Source: a bacterium
Lineage (GTDB): Bacteria > Patescibacteriota > Minisyncoccia > Phycocordibacterales > JAGLPS01
Assembly (NCBI GenBank): GCA_030690305.1
Contig: JAUYHB010000006.1
Location: 5,668-69,667, forward strand
Direction: 5' to 3'
Length of the DNA: 64,000 bases
This document shows, piece after piece, positions 54,787 to 63,749 of this stretch. The first letter of the stretch is position 1. Each line of letters begins with the position of its first letter. The notes below the pieces were generated by a model. The model was not told where the DNA came from, searched no databases, and worked only from the letters and a program-made list of their open reading frames with translations. The translations under genes and the position numbers were made by a program.

Positions 54787-55494
54787 TTATTGAGATTTGA
54801 CGCTTTTACCTTCCTTAAACGCTTTAATAATAGTGTCTACAAAGAAAGAGATACTTGCGATCGATGCATCGTTACCCGGCATTGCGTGTTCAACATCTTT
54901 AAGATTACAGTCGGAACCGCATAGGGCGATGACAGGAATTTTTTTGGCCTGAGCCTCAGAAACGGCAATATGCTCGCGGCGAGGATCTATTACAAAAAGC
55001 GCTGCAGGCATGTCCTTGAGAGGAACAAGTCCCGAAAACAGTTTATGCATTCGTTCGATTTTTCGGTCGAGAAGAAGCCGTTCCATTTTTGTATATTTCA
55101 CAAATTCCCCTTTTTCCCTTTTGGAAAGGTGGTCTTCATACGCGGATACCTGTTTTCTTATTTGGCTGAAATTGGTAAGAATACCCCCGAGCCAACGGCC
55201 AGCGATATACGGCATTTCGATTGATTCCGCCGCTTTTCTCACAATGTCTTGTGACTCCTGTTTTCCGCCTACAAACAAAATGACACCTCCATTTCGGGCA
55301 ATGTCTTTTACAAAAAGACCCGCTTCCTCGAGAGACTCGCTTGTTTTTTCAAGATTGAAAATTTCTATTTTGTTTTTAACTCCCCAAAGATATGGCTTGA
55401 CCGAAGGATGACGACGAGAGCGCGTATAACCGAAATGCGCGCCGGCTTTAAACATCGCTTCAATCAAAGGATTTGGTTTTGTTGTTGTTTCCAT
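54787..55494 (-). CDS. rpsB: 30S ribosomal protein S2
   Basis: AGAHFG, RWLGGILTN, PGND. Confidence 0.96.
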   Translation of the reverse strand: METTTKPNPLIEAMFKAGAHFGYTRSRRHPSVKPYLWGVKNKIEIFNLEKTSESLEEAGLFVKDIARNGGVILFVGGKQESQDIVRKAAESIEMPYIAGRWLGGILTNFSQIRKQVSAYEDHLSKREKGEFVKYTKMERLLLDRKIERMHKLFSGLVPLKDMPAALFVIDPRREHIAVSEAQAKKIPVIALCGSDCNLKDVEHAMPGNDASIASISFFVDTIIKAFKEGKSVKSQ

Positions 55495-55508
55495 AAGGGA
55501 TTTTAATT

Positions 55509-55587
55509 TCTTGCTTTAGTTTTGTTGAGGATGGAATGTCGATTAAAAACTATCGGCACCCACTTCATTCACCAAAATAAAACAAGA
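55509..55587 (-). promoter_or_regulatory. Long hairpin in the rpsB 5' UTR (candidate autoregulatory leader)
   Basis: UCUUGUUUU...AAAGCAAGA outer stem with inner GGGUGCCGAU/AUCGACAUUC pairing, downstream of a TACACT -10. Confidence 0.5.
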
Positions 55588-55616
55588 TATGGGCAAGTGT
55601 AACAGATTGTTTTTCC

Positions 55617-56600
55617 TTATGCAACCTGCGACTCGGGCGCGTCTTCAGGCGCGTCCAACACTTCCCTGTTACGCAATGATTCAATAATCGGACTGATATT
55701 TCCGGCGAGAATCAAGGCGATATTGTGCCATGATTCCTTTATTCGATGGTCGGTAATACGGTCCTGCAGAATATTATAGGTGCGGATTTTTTCCGACCTG
55801 TCAGCCGTCCCAACCTGGCTTTTTCTGTCTGAAGAAAATTGGGAACGCTGTTTTTCTTCTTCCATCAGGACAATCTTTGCCGCTAAAATACTCATCGCTT
55901 TTTCGCGGTTCTTAAGCTGAGTCCTTTCGGAGGTGCATCGCACGTCGATTCCGGTTGGCTTGTGTATAAGACGGACGGCCGTTTCCACCTTGTTAACATT
56001 TTGACCACCCGCACCGCCTGAACGTGAGAACTCCATTTCCAGGTCAGAAGGGTTTATTTCAATAGTCACTTTCTTCGGTATCGGCAAAATGGCAACCGAA
56101 GCGGTTGAGGTGTGAACACGTCCGGATTTTTCTGTTTCGGGAACTCTTTGGATTCGGTGAACCCCCGTCTCGAAACGTAAATCTTTGTAGGAGTTTTTCC
56201 CCTTGATTTCGAAAGATGCTTCTTTGTATCCGTTAAGCGCGCTTTTTGATTCGTCAATTACCCTGACTTCCCACCCCTGAAGTTCGGCATATTTTCTATA
56301 CATTGAGGCGAGTTCAAAGGCAAACAAGGCAGCTTCTTCGCCGCCCGCACCGGCTCTAACCTCAAGAATAATCTCGTCAGGAAACGCTTCCGTTTTCTTT
56401 TCAACAAAAAGAATGTCTTCCATTTGTTTCCAGAGATTATTTTTCTGTTCCCGTATCTTTTTCAGTTCCTCATCGGCAAGCTCCTTCATGGATCCGTCTT
56501 CTGAAAGGACCTCCATTTCCTTCTCCTCTTTTTCAAAGGAAAGGAACATATCTGCAAGATATTTCGTTTTTTCGTTTGATTTGAATGCGTCTATATCCAT
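55617..56600 (-). CDS. prfA: Peptide chain release factor 1 (N-terminally short)
   Basis: [17 protein letters not shown] (PxT motif), GGQNVNK, RTYN. Confidence 0.95.
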   Translation of the reverse strand: MDIDAFKSNEKTKYLADMFLSFEKEEKEMEVLSEDGSMKELADEELKKIREQKNNLWKQMEDILFVEKKTEAFPDEIILEVRAGAGGEEAALFAFELASMYRKYAELQGWEVRVIDESKSALNGYKEASFEIKGKNSYKDLRFETGVHRIQRVPETEKSGRVHTSTASVAILPIPKKVTIEINPSDLEMEFSRSGGAGGQNVNKVETAVRLIHKPTGIDVRCTSERTQLKNREKAMSILAAKIVLMEEEKQRSQFSSDRKSQVGTADRSEKIRTYNILQDRITDHRIKESWHNIALILAGNISPIIESLRNREVLDAPEDAPESQVA

Positions 56601-56642
56601 AGCACGGACAAAACACCCGCTTGGGAGCGGGCGTGTAGTGAG

Positions 56643-56927
56643 TTATTTTTTCCCCGAAGAAGCTTTCTTTGTCTTCTTTTCTGATGCGGCAACACGGGCT
56701 TTGAATCGTTCCACGCGCCCTGCGATGTCTAGAACTTTTTCTTGGCCGGTATAGAACGGATGGGAAGCGCTTGAAATTTCAACTTCGTATAGGGGATATT
56801 CCTTTTTGTCATCCCACGTTCCTTTTTTGTCGGTTTGCACAGTGGAAGAAACAAGGAAACGCGTTCCGCTTGAAACGTCTAAAAAGATGACGGGTCGGTA
56901 ATTTTTCGCGTGAATATCCTTTTTCAT
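56643..56927 (-). CDS. rpmE: 50S ribosomal protein L31 type B (zinc-free)
   Basis: MKKDIH..YRPVIF, EISSASHPFYTG, GRVERF; no Cys. Confidence 0.95.
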   Translation of the reverse strand: MKKDIHAKNYRPVIFLDVSSGTRFLVSSTVQTDKKGTWDDKKEYPLYEVEISSASHPFYTGQEKVLDIAGRVERFKARVAASEKKTKKASSGKK

Positions 56928-56968
56928 AAGGCCTCACTATATCAAAGAAAAGAATGGCTCGCAACCCG

Positions 56969-58309
56969 CTAAAGATTAAGCGGGTCTATCATGGTTTCCT
57001 GGATATTTTGGGCCTTTTGCATAACACCGTCGCCATAAAAGGCGTTTTGAGGTTTGTTCCAGTTTCCGCCCGCATAATATTTGAGAGCGGCTCTGCGCTC
57101 GGCGGTATACCCGCCTTCGGAAGCCCCCAAATCGGAAAGAAAGATTGCCGATGCCATAAAAGCATCACGGGGATCCCATGGATTAGGCACGCTTTTGCCA
57201 ATGGCAGCCGCTATGCGTGATTTATACATACTCCACGTAGAAGGAATAAACTGTGCCGGACCCATTGCTCCTCCCCACCCTCCTTGCCACGGACAAGATA
57301 AAGGCATCGAATCAGGGTCCAAACCGAGTTCTGCGGTAATTTGAAGAAACTTCGTTTCATCGTCGCGGTTTGATTTATCATTCGGTCCCGGCATAATCGC
57401 CCGCCAGTTTTTTTCAGGCGGGTCGCCGGGACGGTTGCACGTTCCGACATTTTGACCAAGGTTCGATTCCTGCGTCAGGATGGCAAGAAGAAAAGCAGGA
57501 CGGACACCGGTTTTTGCATATGCTTCGTTCGCATAATTGAGAGCTGTCCCGAACGGAATGGCTGCGGTATCACGCAGACTGAACAAGGCGGAACGGATTT
57601 GGGCGGCCCTTTTTTCACGCTCTTTAAGAACCGTTTCATAGGCCTTTTCCTGGTTTTTACTGATTGAGAGGAGGGCTTGTTTTTCGTTCTCTTTTTTCTC
57701 CACCAAGCGTTTGTCTGCTTCTATACCGGCTCTAATGTCTGTCTCTTTATCACGCCGGCTGCTTAATGTGTTTTTTTCGGTTTCCTGGATTATTTTTGTT
57801 GTCCGCAATTCCTCAAATCGTTCACTGAGAGACCGTTTAACCGAAGAATAGGCGTCGAGGTCTGAAAAAAAATCTGAGAAATTTTCTCCCGCAAGTATCA
57901 CCTCTGCAAGGGAAAAAGAATCTATTTCGTTTGTTTTTCTGACAAGTTCGGCAAGAGACTCTCGTCCTTGTTCAAGATGCTCTTCAAGCTCTTTTATCGT
58001 TGCTGTTTTGACAGTGATGTCTTTGCCTAATTGCTGAATAAGAATATTCTGCGCTCGTATGTTCAATTGCGCCTTTGTGATTTCGGCATTAAGAATGGCA
58101 ACATCACGTTCCAAAGAAACAGACTCTTTTTGTTTTTCACTCAAAATCCCCTGTTGTGCTTTGATCTCCGCCTCAAGAGAGGCCAGTTCCGCTCGCAACT
58201 TCGCCTCTTGGGCGGCAACCGCTTCGTCTACGGAAGTCTGCGCGGATGCCGGAAAAACAATTGCCAGGGAAAGAAACAGTGAAATAGAAATTAAACGAAA
58301 AAAATACAT
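56969..58309 (-). CDS. Secreted coiled-coil protein with C-terminal lytic murein transglycosylase domain
   Basis: Signal peptide, long coiled coil, ILTQESNLG, GAMGPAQFIPSTW, DAFMASA..L. Confidence 0.85.
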   Translation of the reverse strand: MYFFRLISISLFLSLAIVFPASAQTSVDEAVAAQEAKLRAELASLEAEIKAQQGILSEKQKESVSLERDVAILNAEITKAQLNIRAQNILIQQLGKDITVKTATIKELEEHLEQGRESLAELVRKTNEIDSFSLAEVILAGENFSDFFSDLDAYSSVKRSLSERFEELRTTKIIQETEKNTLSSRRDKETDIRAGIEADKRLVEKKENEKQALLSISKNQEKAYETVLKEREKRAAQIRSALFSLRDTAAIPFGTALNYANEAYAKTGVRPAFLLAILTQESNLGQNVGTCNRPGDPPEKNWRAIMPGPNDKSNRDDETKFLQITAELGLDPDSMPLSCPWQGGWGGAMGPAQFIPSTWSMYKSRIAAAIGKSVPNPWDPRDAFMASAIFLSDLGASEGGYTAERRAALKYYAGGNWNKPQNAFYGDGVMQKAQNIQETMIDPLNL

Positions 58310-58351
58310 AGACGTATGCCTATGTATTATACCGTATGGGAAAGAGAAAAC

Positions 58352-59050
58352 TTACCCTTTTTTGTCAGACTTTTTTTCGGACTTTTCGGCAACAGCCGGG
58401 GTTTCACCTTCAACGGCTTCTTCCTCGCCTTCCTTGGCTTCCTTTCCTTTCTTTTCAACTTCAATTTCTGAAATATCCATCGGGGTTTCTTCAATCACCT
58501 CTTCCTTGGGTTCATCCACGAGAACAATCACTTCTTCCGGGTTTTCTTGAAGGGTGACTCCGGCGGGAAGAACGATGTCTTTCGCGGTTATTTGGCTTCC
58601 AAAATTCGAAAGAGAAGAAATGTCGACTTCTATACTGTGCGGCAAATCTTTCGGAAGAGCTTCAATATGTACCTCATATAAGACCTTAACCAAGACGCCT
58701 CCGAGTTCCTTAACGGCAGTGGAAGTACCGACAAATTCAAGCGGTACATCAACGTCGATTTTTTTGCCTTTTTCAAAAACGTAAAAATCGGCGTGGCGGG
58801 GTAAGTCCGTTACCGGATCTATATCAATATCGTGTATGAGAGCTTCAAATTCCCCTTCGGGAGTTTTCACGGACACAACAGTGGACTCACCAGCATCCTT
58901 CCAAATGGAAAGAAATTGTTTCTGGGAAAGGGTAATTGGTGTTGAGGGTGTTTTCTTACCATACAGGACAGCCGGAATAAAACCCTTTTCTCTGAGAGTT
59001 TCATTTTTATCCGTTTTGATATTTCTTTTTTGTGCTTCCAACGTCAACAT
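58352..59050 (-). CDS. rplY: 50S ribosomal protein L25 (long Ctc type)
   Basis: LREKGFIPAVLYG, HADF, VPLEFVG, LPKDLPHSIEVDISSL. Confidence 0.95.
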   Translation of the reverse strand: MLTLEAQKRNIKTDKNETLREKGFIPAVLYGKKTPSTPITLSQKQFLSIWKDAGESTVVSVKTPEGEFEALIHDIDIDPVTDLPRHADFYVFEKGKKIDVDVPLEFVGTSTAVKELGGVLVKVLYEVHIEALPKDLPHSIEVDISSLSNFGSQITAKDIVLPAGVTLQENPEEVIVLVDEPKEEVIEETPMDISEIEVEKKGKEAKEGEEEAVEGETPAVAEKSEKKSDKKG

Positions 59051-59070
59051 AAATAAAAGATATGAATTTT

Positions 59071-59130
59071 TGCTGCCGTTACTCGCTTGGTCCGCCTTAA
59101 GCGGATTTCGCTGCGCTAGGCAATAATGGG
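59071..59130 (-). promoter_or_regulatory. Structured rplY leader with loop-E-like internal loop
   Basis: Follows TTTACA..TATAAT; UUGCC-UAG-CGC...UCCGCUUAAGGCGGA...GCG-AGUAAC-GGCAG hairpin. Confidence 0.45.
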
Positions 59131-59170
59131 GTTATTATAACGGGGAAATTGGAAATGTAAAGGACGTTCA

Positions 59171-59335
59171 CAGTCTCTTTTCCAGAGTACGAATATTTTC
59201 CTACTGGAAAATTCCTCGAGCTCCCGCCAGCCGCAGTCGCTAGTCTCTGAAAAAGAAACTGCTCACTCTCACGAAAAGAGAGATTGCGTAAGATTTTCCA
59301 AAAGAGAATACTTACTTTGACTGGGAGGAAGACTG
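59171..59335 (+). ncRNA. Candidate rod-shaped ncRNA (6S RNA-like), about 165 nt
   Basis: Nested stems CAGUCUCUUUUCCAG/CUGGGAGGAAGACUG, UAUUUUC/GAGAAUA, UGGAAAAUU/GAUUUUCCA, CGCAGUC/GAUUGCG; G-U pairs favour the + strand. Confidence 0.5.
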
Positions 59336-59342
59336 ACAAAGA

Positions 59343-60986
59343 CTATATGTATACCAAATGCTGTTTGAGGTATTTGATTTCCCGCGCACCTTTTTTGCCG
59401 GGATTGAAAATATCAAGCGGGTCAAAGATAAGATTTGTCTCCTGAAAGAGCGCAAGTATCTTTTCGCCAAACATTTTTTTGAGATACGGCGTCCGTATGA
59501 TGCCATCGTTGTGCTCGGCCGTAATCGAACCCCCATACGCAAGGACCAAGTCATACACTTTTTCAGAAAGTTCAATCACAATTTTGTGATTTTCTTCCTT
59601 TTTCATATCCATTAAAGGGATGACGTGGAAGTTCCCGCTTCCCGCATGACCGGCAACGGTGTAGACAAGTTTGTAGTCATCGAGCAGTTTCATCAACTTA
59701 GGCCAAAATTCTGGAAGATGTTCCGGATTTACAACTATATCGTCAATAAATGCTGCGGTGCGTCTGCCATGGACATGCTGGCGTAAAAGATTGAAACTTT
59801 CCCGACGAATGGTCCAGTACTTCGATGCTTCTTCGGGAGAGCGGGTAATGTGGGTTTTGAGATGGAATTTTTTTATTTGCTCCTCGACTTTTTTAAGAGT
59901 TTCCTCAAGCTGGTCTTTATCATTGCCTGCAAATTCGGCCAGTACGACAAGTTTTGGCAGACCACCCGTTAAAACCATTCCGACTTCGGGAAGGAAACTT
60001 AATATAAACTTTAAGAAATTTTTTGCCTTCATTGATTTCCAGATTCCGGGAAGAAATCTGATTGCCAATTTAAGGGTGTGGTCGTCGTAGGATTCAAGGC
60101 TTTCAGGTTGGAATTTCAAAAGTTCATTTACCAGAGGCGCTACCGGTTTTAAATCGTTGAGGAAAATGACATAGAGAAGCGAGTGTTTTTTTGTCGGTAC
60201 GAGATTTAATGTCGCCTCCGTTACAATACCAAGTGTTCCTTGGGAACCGACAATTAAACGACAGAGATTGAATTTTTCTCCTTGCCACACATTCCACAGG
60301 TACAGACCCGAGGAATTTTTTTTAACCTTCGGTTTCGCCGCCATTATTGCTTCTTTATTCTGCTCAATCAGTTCATATATTTTTTTATATACATCGCCCT
60401 CAAAATCCCCCTGGCTCATTTTTCTTTGCAGTTCGTCTCTGGACAGTGGCCGCACTTCGTACTCATTGCCGTCCGCAAACACGACTTTAAGCGACTCTAT
60501 GTAATCTTCCATTTTTCCGTATACAAGTGTTTTCTCACCGGCACAATTATTCCCTATCATCCCGCCGATGGCGCAAAGATTTTTTGAGGCTGGGTAGCAC
60601 GGAAGCAACAAACCATGCTTAAAAGTTTCTTTTTCGAAGTCCCTATAAAATGTCCCTGGCAATACTTTAACCGTCCGAGTCACCGTATTAACCGAGGGGA
60701 CACCCGATATGTGTTTACTCACATCGGCGATAATCGATTCATTGAGCGGCCCGCCCGACATATCGGTCCCGGCCGCACGGACGGTTATTGAAAGGGTTGG
60801 GTCCTCTTTTCTGTGTTCGTTTACGAATCGCACAAGATTCTTTATGTCCTCCGTGTCTTTGGGAAATACGACCAGTTTTGGCCGTACATTGATAAGGCTT
60901 GTGTCTACACTGTACGTGGCGAGTGTTGCTTCATCCTGCAACACCTCTCCTTTAAAAAATTCTTTTATCTGTTTGGAATAATCCAT
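59343..60986 (-). CDS. FAD-binding oxidoreductase (GlcD/D-lactate dehydrogenase-like)
   Basis: RAAGTDMSG, GGMIGNN, GSQGTLG, GHAGSGNFH, GGSITAEHNDG, FDPLDIFNPGK. Confidence 0.9.
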   Translation of the reverse strand: MDYSKQIKEFFKGEVLQDEATLATYSVDTSLINVRPKLVVFPKDTEDIKNLVRFVNEHRKEDPTLSITVRAAGTDMSGGPLNESIIADVSKHISGVPSVNTVTRTVKVLPGTFYRDFEKETFKHGLLLPCYPASKNLCAIGGMIGNNCAGEKTLVYGKMEDYIESLKVVFADGNEYEVRPLSRDELQRKMSQGDFEGDVYKKIYELIEQNKEAIMAAKPKVKKNSSGLYLWNVWQGEKFNLCRLIVGSQGTLGIVTEATLNLVPTKKHSLLYVIFLNDLKPVAPLVNELLKFQPESLESYDDHTLKLAIRFLPGIWKSMKAKNFLKFILSFLPEVGMVLTGGLPKLVVLAEFAGNDKDQLEETLKKVEEQIKKFHLKTHITRSPEEASKYWTIRRESFNLLRQHVHGRRTAAFIDDIVVNPEHLPEFWPKLMKLLDDYKLVYTVAGHAGSGNFHVIPLMDMKKEENHKIVIELSEKVYDLVLAYGGSITAEHNDGIIRTPYLKKMFGEKILALFQETNLIFDPLDIFNPGKKGAREIKYLKQHLVYI

Positions 60987-61055
60987 ATTATTTTGCTGTT
61001 AACGGTTCTCTTATTTTACCACGCATCCGCGCACCACCATGCTATAATTTTTTAT

Positions 61056-62054
61056 ATGTCAAAATCCTTTGACCTCATTGCTATCGGTGACGTGGTATCC
61101 GACGCGTTCATACGCATCAGGGACGCATCCGTCAATTGCGACCTCAACACAGAGCACTGCCTTCTTTCGTTTCGCTTCGGAGACAAGATTCCGTATGAAT
61201 TCGTGGAAGTTGTGCGAGCCGTGGGAAATAGCGCCAATGCCGTGGTGTCCGCCTCGCGGCTTGGTTTAAAAACCGCCTTTATATCCGATATCGGAAGCGA
61301 TGAGAACGGCGAAGGATGCCTTGAGGAGTTGAAGCAAAATGCCGTTGACACGACATATATCACCACTCACTCAGGAAGAGAAACAAATTACCACTATGTA
61401 CTATGGTACGAAGATGAACGAACCATCCTTGTTAAACACCAGGAGTATGAGTACGTTTTGCCGCAGTTTGAAACACCGAAATGGATTTATTTGAGTTCTC
61501 TTGCCGAAAATTCCCTGCCCTACCAGGAAGAAATTGCCGAATACCTTAAGGGACACCCTGAGGTTAAGCTTGTTTTTCAGCCCGGGACGTTTCAAATAAG
61601 ACTTGGATATAAAAAACTTCAAGAGTTGTATTCATTATCATATCTCTTTTTCTGCAACGTCGATGAAGCAAAACGAATACTGTCGCTTACGGAAGAAATC
61701 GAAATCTTTCCCCTATTGAAAAAAATGCGCGAATTGGGGCCAAAAATTATGGTAATCACCGACGGACGCAAGGGTGCATACGTTTATGATGGAGAGACCG
61801 CCTGGTTTATGCCCACCTACCCGGATCCCAAACCAGCCTACGAAAGAACCGGCGCGGGGGATGCATTCGCTTCTACATTCACAAGCGCTATGATATTGGG
61901 GAAAACTATACCGGAAGCGCTTTCATGGGCTCCTATAAATTCAATGTCGGTTGTGCAGGAAATCGGAGCTCAAAAAGGACTCTTGACCCGAGAGACTCTT
62001 GAAAATTATCTGAAAATTGCCCCCCCCGATTACGCACCCCGAAAAATCTCGTAA
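61056..62054 (+). CDS. PfkB-family carbohydrate kinase
   Basis: GNSANAVVSASRLG, NVDEA, TDGRKGA, RTGAGDAF; ATG 7 nt after TATAAT. Confidence 0.92.
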   Translation: MSKSFDLIAIGDVVSDAFIRIRDASVNCDLNTEHCLLSFRFGDKIPYEFVEVVRAVGNSANAVVSASRLGLKTAFISDIGSDENGEGCLEELKQNAVDTTYITTHSGRETNYHYVLWYEDERTILVKHQEYEYVLPQFETPKWIYLSSLAENSLPYQEEIAEYLKGHPEVKLVFQPGTFQIRLGYKKLQELYSLSYLFFCNVDEAKRILSLTEEIEIFPLLKKMRELGPKIMVITDGRKGAYVYDGETAWFMPTYPDPKPAYERTGAGDAFASTFTSAMILGKTIPEALSWAPINSMSVVQEIGAQKGLLTRETLENYLKIAPPDYAPRKIS

Positions 62055-62152
62055 AGAGAAAAACACTGCTTGACTCTACGTGTAAAATCTGTTTGTATAT
62101 ACATAGATTTCAATATCTTGGCTTGTTTAATTTGTAAAAAAGGAGGAGCGAA

Positions 62153-62506
62153 ATGTCGTTATCGTTTTTCTTGTGCTGTACAGGTGTAGTGATAGCCACT
62201 ATGGGTTTGTTGATAATGAAACTGTCTGACTTTATTGCAGAGAAAATAGAGTCTCGAAGCAATCTGAAGGGATTAGGGGAAGAAAGAATTAAAAAACTGC
62301 AAGACTATGTTGACTTTTGGGAAATTGATGTAAGGTCCGTAGTTGGAGCTCCTTTGTTCATTATAGGTGTCTTTTTGAGTTTAGGTGTTCTAATTGTAGT
62401 AGGCCGGGATGTTTTAGGACTTATAAGTTTTGTATTAGTGTCTTGTTTTTCTCCATTTCTTCTCGTTGGTCTTCTCGTTAGAAAGAAGTTAGCCGAGAAA
62501 ACATGA
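62153..62506 (+). CDS. Orphan three-TM membrane protein
   Basis: TTGACT upstream, SD AAAGGAGGAG, AT-rich, own terminator. Confidence 0.65.
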   Translation: MSLSFFLCCTGVVIATMGLLIMKLSDFIAEKIESRSNLKGLGEERIKKLQDYVDFWEIDVRSVVGAPLFIIGVFLSLGVLIVVGRDVLGLISFVLVSCFSPFLLVGLLVRKKLAEKT

Positions 62507-62513
62507 TGTGTCA

Positions 62514-62549
62514 GACGACCTTTGCAAGTATTGCAAAGGTCGTTTTTTT
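62514..62549 (+). terminator. Intrinsic terminator
   Basis: GACGACCTTTGCAA-GTA-TTGCAAAGGTCGTTTTTTT. Confidence 0.85.
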
Positions 62550-62718
62550 AGTCATTACAATTAGTAATCAGTTATTCCGTGGACAACAAACTCATAACAA
62601 TTCTTACACAAGTGAAATTTTTTCACTTTGTTTTGTTCATCAGGTGGGCTCAAAAGAATTCCTCCAAACTCTTTAAGTTCTTGTTTGCACCTGTCGCAAC
62701 GAGGAGTGATTACCATTA

Positions 62719-63723
62719 TTATTTTTTACGCTTAATCACTTTGCGGACGGCTTTTATTATCGATTCGGTATCCATCCCATAATGCTTAATCAGCTCTTCG
62801 GGAGTGCCCGATTGACCGAAATGATCGTCGACGCCCACGAATTCAATAGGGACGGGATGATGTTTTGAAACGGATTCCGCAACAGCGCTCCCCATACCCC
62901 CGCGTATCTGGTGTTCTTCAACGGTAACAAGTGCGCCCGTTTCCTCAGCCAAAAGAGCGATACTGTCCTCATCAAGCGGTTTAACGGTTGAGAGGTTTAT
63001 TACTTTTACGTCAGCCCCCTCTTTCTCTTCAAGAAATTTTGCCGCCTGCAGCACGCTATGCAAAAGTGCTCCCGTCGCAACGATTCCGACAACGGCATCG
63101 TTTCCGTGTTTGGGGACAAAATAAGTTTGAGCGCGCCCAAGAATAAAGGGGGTTTCCTTGGTGGTGATAACGGGAGTTTTTTCGCGCGCAAGACGGATAT
63201 ACACCGGACCGTCAATCTGCGCCGCAATCAAAGTGGCCTTTTTCGCTTCCAGCGCATCGCACGGAGAAATAACGGTAAGACGAGGAATAACACGCGTTAA
63301 GGCAATGTCTTCTATTGCCTGGTGCGTACCGCCATCAGGACCCACCGATATGCCCGCGTGCGAGCCGGCAATTTTTACGTTGCGGTCGTTATAGCAGATA
63401 GTCGTTCTGATTTGTTCCCAATTTCGTCCAGGTGAAAACATTGCGTAGGAACTTATAAAAGGAATTTTTCCCATAGCCGCCATACCCGATGCGACGGTGG
63501 CAAGGTTTTGCTCCGCAACACCGATCTGAACAAATCGTTCGGGAAATTTATTTCTGAAAAAATGCATTTGAGTTGATTCCGTGAGGTCCGCGCACAAACC
63601 GACCACACGAGTGTCGGCTTCTCCCGCGGCTAAAAGTCCCTCTCCAAATCCTTTTCGGATGGGAATTTGTTCGACATCTTTATCGAACATTTTTACATTA
63701 AGTTTTAAATCGGGATTAAGCAT
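62719..63723 (-). CDS. Transketolase, C-terminal subunit
   Basis: ADLTEST, GVAEQN, GPDGGTHQ, EEHQ..GGMGSAVAE, FGQSG. Confidence 0.93.
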   Translation of the reverse strand: MLNPDLKLNVKMFDKDVEQIPIRKGFGEGLLAAGEADTRVVGLCADLTESTQMHFFRNKFPERFVQIGVAEQNLATVASGMAAMGKIPFISSYAMFSPGRNWEQIRTTICYNDRNVKIAGSHAGISVGPDGGTHQAIEDIALTRVIPRLTVISPCDALEAKKATLIAAQIDGPVYIRLAREKTPVITTKETPFILGRAQTYFVPKHGNDAVVGIVATGALLHSVLQAAKFLEEKEGADVKVINLSTVKPLDEDSIALLAEETGALVTVEEHQIRGGMGSAVAESVSKHHPVPIEFVGVDDHFGQSGTPEELIKHYGMDTESIIKAVRKVIKRKK

Positions 63724-63749
63724 TTTTATTTATAGTAAGCATAGCCGAA

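Noticed and set aside
59097-59339. 80-aa minus-strand ORF upstream of rplY
   Set aside because: It runs through the rplY promoter and leader, has no recognisable features, and the region is better explained by RNA structure.
62550-62718. Possible replication origin or 67-aa ORF in an AT-rich gap with DnaA-box-like words
   Set aside because: Only degenerate, scattered matches to TTATCCACA, no dnaA/dnaN nearby, and the ORF overlaps the transketolase end.
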